Origin: Candidatus Poribacteria bacterium
GTDB lineage: Bacteria > Poribacteria > WGA-4E > UBA9662
Length of the DNA stretch: 11,399 nucleotides
Direction of reading: 5' to 3'
Assembly (NCBI GenBank): GCA_046582655.1
Contig: JAYGDX010000049.1
Coordinates: forward strand, 1-11,399
This document shows, piece after piece, positions 6,941 through 11,399 of this stretch. Position numbers and translations under genes: made by a program. Positions within the stretch are counted from its first letter, which is position 1. The number at the start of each line of letters is the position of its first letter. A model generated the notes under the pieces. The model searched no databases. It saw nothing but the letters and a program-made list of their open reading frames with translations, and was not told the DNA's origin.

Positions 6941-7789
6941 ATGAGCGACACAACTACACTCACCCCGTTTCCAGCCTTGACCCCCGCCCAACGGCTTCAT
7001 ATCGAGATATATGGTTATGTGATCATAGAGAATGTGTTAACACAGAACGAAGTAAATGTCATCAAAGACACCCTCTATGGTATCGAAGATGATTTTCGCC
7101 GAACTAGGGAGCTACCTGGCCCCAATTGCTTCAATACTAGCACGACCGAAACGTTTTTCCGCATAGATAACCTGCCGCATCTAGCACCATGCTTTTTCGA
7201 CTATATCACACACCCCTTTATCATCGGCATGGCCGAAGAGATCATTGGTGGTTCAGCCCGATTATCACAATCGGATGCACACATCCGCCGCCCTGTTGAG
7301 AACAAGGAAGATCGTTTTGGATTCCATCGGGGTATTAATCCGGCCTATCATCATTATGATCAGGGACTCTATCACTTCTCCTTTGTCAAAGCCCTTTCCA
7401 ATCTGACCGATCTTGGACCAGATGACGGCGGTACAACCGTCATCGCAGGAACGCACAAAGTTCCTACTGATGTGCCACAGGAGGCCGTCGTCGCCGCATC
7501 AATGGATGACCGGTCGATGATTCATCAGGTGGAGGCACCTGCTGGTTCCACCTTGCTCTTTTACGAATCACTGATTCACGCTTCGGGAATAATAAAGTCA
7601 AATCGTGACCGTTTACTAATTCTCGGTGGTTACGTCCCTAGCATGTTTCAGTCTTGGAATCGATATGATCCCGACCCTGACTTTGCCAAGACGTTATCGG
7701 ATCAACACCGTGCACTTATTACCGGGGAGCGGAAATTTCAATGGCCTCGTAAGCTTCGCGACCTCGCAACGCCTGCTCAGAGTGTATAG
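6941..7789 (+). CDS. phytanoyl-CoA dioxygenase (PhyH) family Fe(II)/2-oxoglutarate-dependent enzyme, HxG variant (282 aa)
   Basis: GYVIIENVLT, LTDLGPDDGGTTVIAGTHK and APAGSTLLFYESLIHASG...DRL motifs are typical of PhyH. The start is moved from 6878 to 6941 because 6878-6928 lies within the IS5 end. Confidence 0.9.
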   Translation: MSDTTTLTPFPALTPAQRLHIEIYGYVIIENVLTQNEVNVIKDTLYGIEDDFRRTRELPGPNCFNTSTTETFFRIDNLPHLAPCFFDYITHPFIIGMAEEIIGGSARLSQSDAHIRRPVENKEDRFGFHRGINPAYHHYDQGLYHFSFVKALSNLTDLGPDDGGTTVIAGTHKVPTDVPQEAVVAASMDDRSMIHQVEAPAGSTLLFYESLIHASGIIKSNRDRLLILGGYVPSMFQSWNRYDPDPDFAKTLSDQHRALITGERKFQWPRKLRDLATPAQSV

Positions 7790-8017
7790 TTTCATCCACT
7801 TACCTTTTTTGGGTGTGTTTGACTGGTAATGGCCAATTGAAATGTTTAGTATTAGTCATGAGATAATCCTAGGAAAAGATTACATTTAAGGGCATACTAA
7901 CAGATATGCAAGTTTTTGTACCGGAATCTCATTTTGCTTTACCTCGGTTATGAATCGGAGTGCAGAATAGGATTAGAGTTTGGCCCAACCATCTCAATTC
8001 AAGGAGCATCGTAATCC

Positions 8018-9001
8018 ATGAAGTATACCAAGCTGGGGAAAACAGATATCAACGTCTCGGTGATGGCACTGGGCTGCTGGCCTTTCGGTGGGGTAGAGAC
8101 GTGGGGCAACCAGAATGATGCAGATTCCATTGAAACAGTTCATGCAGCTCTCGATTCTGGGATTACATTCTTCGATACGGCCGCAGGTTACGGGCGATCC
8201 GAAGAAGTCCTGGGTAGAGCCCTGAAAGGCCGGCGGGACGAAGCTGTAATTGCCACGAAGCTCGGCGGATTCCAACTCGTTGGTGACAATGTAGTCGGAG
8301 CATGCGAGCAAAGTTTACAGAAGCTTCAGACCGATTGGATTGACCTCTATCAGATACACTGGCCAAACTGGAAAGTGCCGATTGATGAGACGATGGACGC
8401 GCTGGAGAGACTGAAAGAGCAGGGAAAAGTCAGGGCTATTGGCGTCTGCAATTTTGCAAAGAAGGACCTTACTGACCTGCTGGCTATTGGCCACATCGAA
8501 ACCAACCAGTGGTCTTTCAGCTTGATGTGGCGATGTGTTGAGAGAGAAGTCCAACCAATCTGCCTGGAAAATGGAATTGGTATCATCTGCTACAGCCCTC
8601 TATACCAGGGGCTCCTTACGGGTAGGTATGCTTCGGCCGACGAAGTGCCGGATGGGTTGTCTCGGACGAGGCTTTACAGTTCAGAGCAGCCCAACGCGGA
8701 ACACTCGGACACCGGCGCTGAAGAAGAAGCCTTCGCCGCTCTCGACGAGATTCACGGCATCGCAGAGCGGCTTGGGGAGCCTATGGCGAATATGTCACTG
8801 GCCTGGGCTCGGCAGCAACCGGGGGTGACGGCCATGCTCGTCGGTGCAAGGAATCCCGATGAACTGAAGAGAAACCTGCCAACCATGGATTTGGTGCTCT
8901 CGAAGGAAGTGATTCAGGAACTCAACGATGCAACTGAGGATGTCAAGGCAAAGATAGGAGCAAACGGAGATATGTGGTTTTCTGAGTCAAGGATGAGGTA
9001 A
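8018..9001 (+). CDS. aldo/keto reductase (327 aa)
   Basis: LGKTDINVSVMALGCWPFGG, FFDTAAGYG, IATK, IDLYQIHWP, GKVRAIGVCNF and YSPLYQGLL; the D/Y/K/H catalytic tetrad is present; AAGGAG at 8001-8006. Confidence 0.95.
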   Translation: MKYTKLGKTDINVSVMALGCWPFGGVETWGNQNDADSIETVHAALDSGITFFDTAAGYGRSEEVLGRALKGRRDEAVIATKLGGFQLVGDNVVGACEQSLQKLQTDWIDLYQIHWPNWKVPIDETMDALERLKEQGKVRAIGVCNFAKKDLTDLLAIGHIETNQWSFSLMWRCVEREVQPICLENGIGIICYSPLYQGLLTGRYASADEVPDGLSRTRLYSSEQPNAEHSDTGAEEEAFAALDEIHGIAERLGEPMANMSLAWARQQPGVTAMLVGARNPDELKRNLPTMDLVLSKEVIQELNDATEDVKAKIGANGDMWFSESRMR

Positions 9002-9013
9002 TTGGGGATTACC

Positions 9014-9238
9014 TCACGAACTGCAGAACCAATTCTGTCCCTTCCCATAGTTGCCAAACTGGTCCGCGATTCGGAAACCGTGGTCGGTCATCAGTTTCTC
9101 GAACTCTCCTGGATAGTAGCACCGCATGGCGATTCTTAAAATAGCTTTATTGACGAGTTCCTCACTATCATATTTGCGGTAAATCAGTTCTAGGTAGAGG
9201 ACTAGCGTATTAGGATCCCTCAGACAGCGGTCTGGCAA
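9014..9238 (-). pseudogene. C-terminal fragment of a probable class I SAM methyltransferase
   Basis: LELIYRKY...IAMRCYYPGEFEKLMTDHGFRIADQFGNY resembles the MRYxxPxExxxLLxxxGFxxxxxYGDY tail of class I methyltransferases. The SAM-binding half is absent and an IS3 remnant lies upstream. Confidence 0.55.
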
Positions 9239-9349
9239 ATCTAGTCCTTTTTTGGTCGTCTGAACGGTTTCTTTCTGTGCCTAAAAATAGTGTAAAAATC
9301 AGCAGCAGAAAATGGTCACAGATTCAGATTCAACTCCGAAATCCCTGTA

Positions 9350-10079
9350 ACCCTTTGCCGGGGCACGGATGCTGAGAGATCTTCTCAGATTGGATGGAGA
9401 GAGGGTTGGCCGAAAGCATGTCTCCACCCTGATGAAAAGATGGGGATCGAAGCTATCTACCAGAAACCTAATAGCAGCCAGAAACATCCCGGTCACAAAA
9501 TCTACCCTTATCTGCTGATAGGGCTGGAGATTAACCGTCCCAATCAGGTCTGGGCCATGGATATCACCTACATCCCATGGCCAGAGGCTTTGTCTACCTG
9601 ACCGCTGTAGTGGACTGGTATAGCCGCAAGATCCTCTGCTGGCAGTTGTCCAGCACCATGGCTCTTTCTGTATCAAGGCGGTTGATGAGGCTATCTCACG
9701 GCATGGTACCCCCGATATCTTCAACACCGACCAGGGGCGTCAATTTAGCAGTCAGGCCTTCAGCAGCGAACTCCAGGCGCACAACATCCGCATCAGTATG
9801 GATTAAGGGTAGCTGGAGAGACAACGTCTTTGTAGAACAGCTCTGGCACACCATCAAATATGAAGAGGTCTACCTCAAAGCCTATGAATCAGTGACAGAG
9901 GTCAGACAATCGATCAGCAATGACATCCCTTTCTACAATCAGAGATGGCCTCATTCCATTCTTGACGGAGTGCCGAGATGTTTTACTATCATTCACTGTC
10001 AGCATCCATGGCAGGTTAAACTATGCAGGATTCCACTTATCAATTGAATTTACCGATTCAGATAGATGGGGCCACCTCT
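9350..10079 (+). mobile_element. IS3-family remnant (frameshifted OrfB plus right end)
   Basis: Pieces PFAGARMLRDLL...GRKHVSTLMK / MGIEAIYQKPN...YPYLL...RPNQVWAMDITYIPMARGFVYLTAVVDWYSRKIL / PDIFNTDQGRQFSS / WRDNVFVEQLWHTIKYEEVYLKAY. A right end GATTCAGATAGATGGGGCCACCTCT ends at 10079. OrfA and the left end are missing. Confidence 0.9.
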
Positions 10080-10151
10080 GACTACCTGATAAAATGAACT
10101 CTTGTCCTGCTGGTTTCTTTGGATTAGATGGTCAAGGAGGAAACTTGTAGA

Positions 10152-10487
10152 TTATTTCAGAATTACCATCTTACGAGTCTGGGTGTAATCGCCTGCTTCA
10201 ATCTGGTCAAAGTAAGTTCCACTAGCTACCATTTCTCCAGTGTCAGTTTTTCCATCCCAATAAATAGCCCTATTAGACTCAACATAATTCTCTGCTGGTA
10301 CATGACCTAATCCAATCATTCTGATTAGCTTACCAGTTGTGTCATAGATCTTAGCAGTGACTGTTGAATCTTGACTGAGTTGGGAAGGAATCCAAGTTTC
10401 TGGATTAAATGGATTTAGAGAATTGGCTAAGAGTTGGTCAATAGCTGAAGAAATATGATGCTTCTGATCTGTCGTCTTCTTAATTAT
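10152..10487 (-). pseudogene. orphan C-terminal sorting domain (FlgD-Ig / T9SS type A CTD-like), no canonical start ahead of the domain (not in ORF track)
   Basis: Uninterrupted frame: ...IDQLLANSLNPFNPETWIPSQLSQDSTVTAKIYDTTGKLIRMIGLGHVPAENYVESNRAIYWDGKTDTGEMVASGTYFDQIEAGDYTQTRKMVILK*, bounded upstream by TAG at 10488-10490. Confidence 0.85.
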
Positions 10488-10513
10488 CTATCTCTTTTTC
10501 CGGGGATAGCGGA

Positions 10514-11399
10514 TTAAGTCGATGTGGCTAGCAGGAAGATGCCAATTACCATTGTGGCACCAGCAATTAGTCTCAATTTTAGTTGGGATTCTCCTAGATT
10601 AAATCCTCCCAGTAGAACGACAAAGATGACTGAGAACTGACGAATAGCACTGATGTAACTGACAGACTCTGTCATCAAGGCATACAAGATCAAACTATAA
10701 GAAGAAATTTTTAGAAGGGTCGATATGAAGATCTGTACCCCTGAGTGTTGCCCGATAGTTACTATCTCTCGCCAGGGGAAACGGTAAAAAACATAACCAA
10801 CATAAAGTCCTGCTGAGAGCAAAGATTCAGCCAAGAGATATACAACCGCATTTACAATGTCAGAACCGCCTACTTGGTTATAAAATTCAGACATTCCTTT
10901 TTTATCTAGGATTGAATACACTATGATTGTCCCTAAAGTTGAGAAAGACCAAATTGCTTCTGGTTTCTTCAGATATTCTAGCAGTTTAGGTAGCGTATAT
11001 AATCCTTCTGGTTGGATGAACATATAAACAGAAACGAGGGTACATGAGATACCAAGGATTCCTTGCCAAGAGATCTTCTCGTGAAGGATTAGAACAGCAA
11101 AGATAGGGATCAATCCTGGTGCTGAGCGCGCAATAGGGTAAACGTAGGAGATCTCACCCAAAGTATAAGCTTGACTCAGAGAGACAAGATAAAAAAAGTG
11201 AACAATTCCAGAAGCGATAATATATACCCAAATGGATGATGGGATCACAGGTGTTCGGACTAGAAAAACAGCAATTGAGATAGCAATGTTGACAATGGCT
11301 ACCCAAGCTAGAAAAAGTTGAGGAGAATAACTAACCTTACTCAAGTAATTCCAAAAAGCATGAAATAAAGCGGAAAGCAAAACCAAAATGATAACGGAA
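10514..11399 (-). CDS. EamA/DMT family transporter (5' end beyond window)
   Basis: LVLLSALFHAFWNYLSK, YTLGEISYVYPIARSAP, YSILDKKG and VSYISAIRQFSVIF...LGE, with multiple hydrophobic segments. The frame stays open to the window edge (SVIILVLLS). Confidence 0.92.
   Translation of the reverse strand, partial: SVIILVLLSALFHAFWNYLSKVSYSPQLFLAWVAIVNIAISIAVFLVRTPVIPSSIWVYIIASGIVHFFYLVSLSQAYTLGEISYVYPIARSAPGLIPIFAVLILHEKISWQGILGISCTLVSVYMFIQPEGLYTLPKLLEYLKKPEAIWSFSTLGTIIVYSILDKKGMSEFYNQVGGSDIVNAVVYLLAESLLSAGLYVGYVFYRFPWREIVTIGQHSGVQIFISTLLKISSYSLILYALMTESVSYISAIRQFSVIFVVLLGGFNLGESQLKLRLIAGATMVIGIFLLATST

Noticed and set aside
7265..8828. Small overlapping ORFs within PhyH and the aldo/keto reductase (also 3562-3750 within the TPR gene)
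   Set aside because: Shadow frames of well-supported genes.
9299..9727. 142-aa minus-strand ORF
   Set aside because: Antisense of the IS3 OrfB.
10081..10091. ACTACCTGATA next to the IS3 right end, matching the palindrome arm at 1001-1011
   Set aside because: An 11-bp match is within chance expectation and no partner arm is nearby.
10128..10310. 60-aa plus-strand ORF
   Set aside because: Antisense to the clear C-terminal sorting-domain frame.
1..11399. CRISPR array, tRNA/rRNA, integron attC array, retron or DGR
   Set aside because: I saw no regularly spaced direct repeats, cloverleaf, integrase or reverse transcriptase. The two sorting-domain copies differ by deletions rather than adenine-specific changes.

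Overview
A heavily decayed, IS-riddled accessory region, probably from a Poribacteria-like bacterium. That assignment is an inference from a LamG remnant with an AV..DKL..T(W)GKI tail, NPFNPETWIP...TRKMVILK C-terminal sorting domains and a PhyH-family gene. Only four genes look intact: a TPR plus class I SAM-methyltransferase fusion (2967-4184), a PhyH-family Fe(II)/2-oxoglutarate enzyme (6941-7789), an aldo/keto reductase (8018-9001) and an EamA/DMT transporter running off the right edge. The rest comprises six dead IS pieces (two IS3, two IS701-type, one IS5 containing an IS630 fragment) and gene remnants (LamG, MotA-like, HTH, methyltransferase, two C-terminal sorting-domain relics). The best leads are: (i) the PhyH protein has HxG instead of HxD, the signature of non-heme iron halogenases; (ii) an IS5 insertion at its -10 box builds a hybrid, probably leaderless promoter; (iii) a dispersed TGTATTTAAGTT inverted-repeat family brackets a 3-kb segment and abuts a pseudoknot-capable leader. 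I cannot establish a complete novel multi-gene system from sequence alone.
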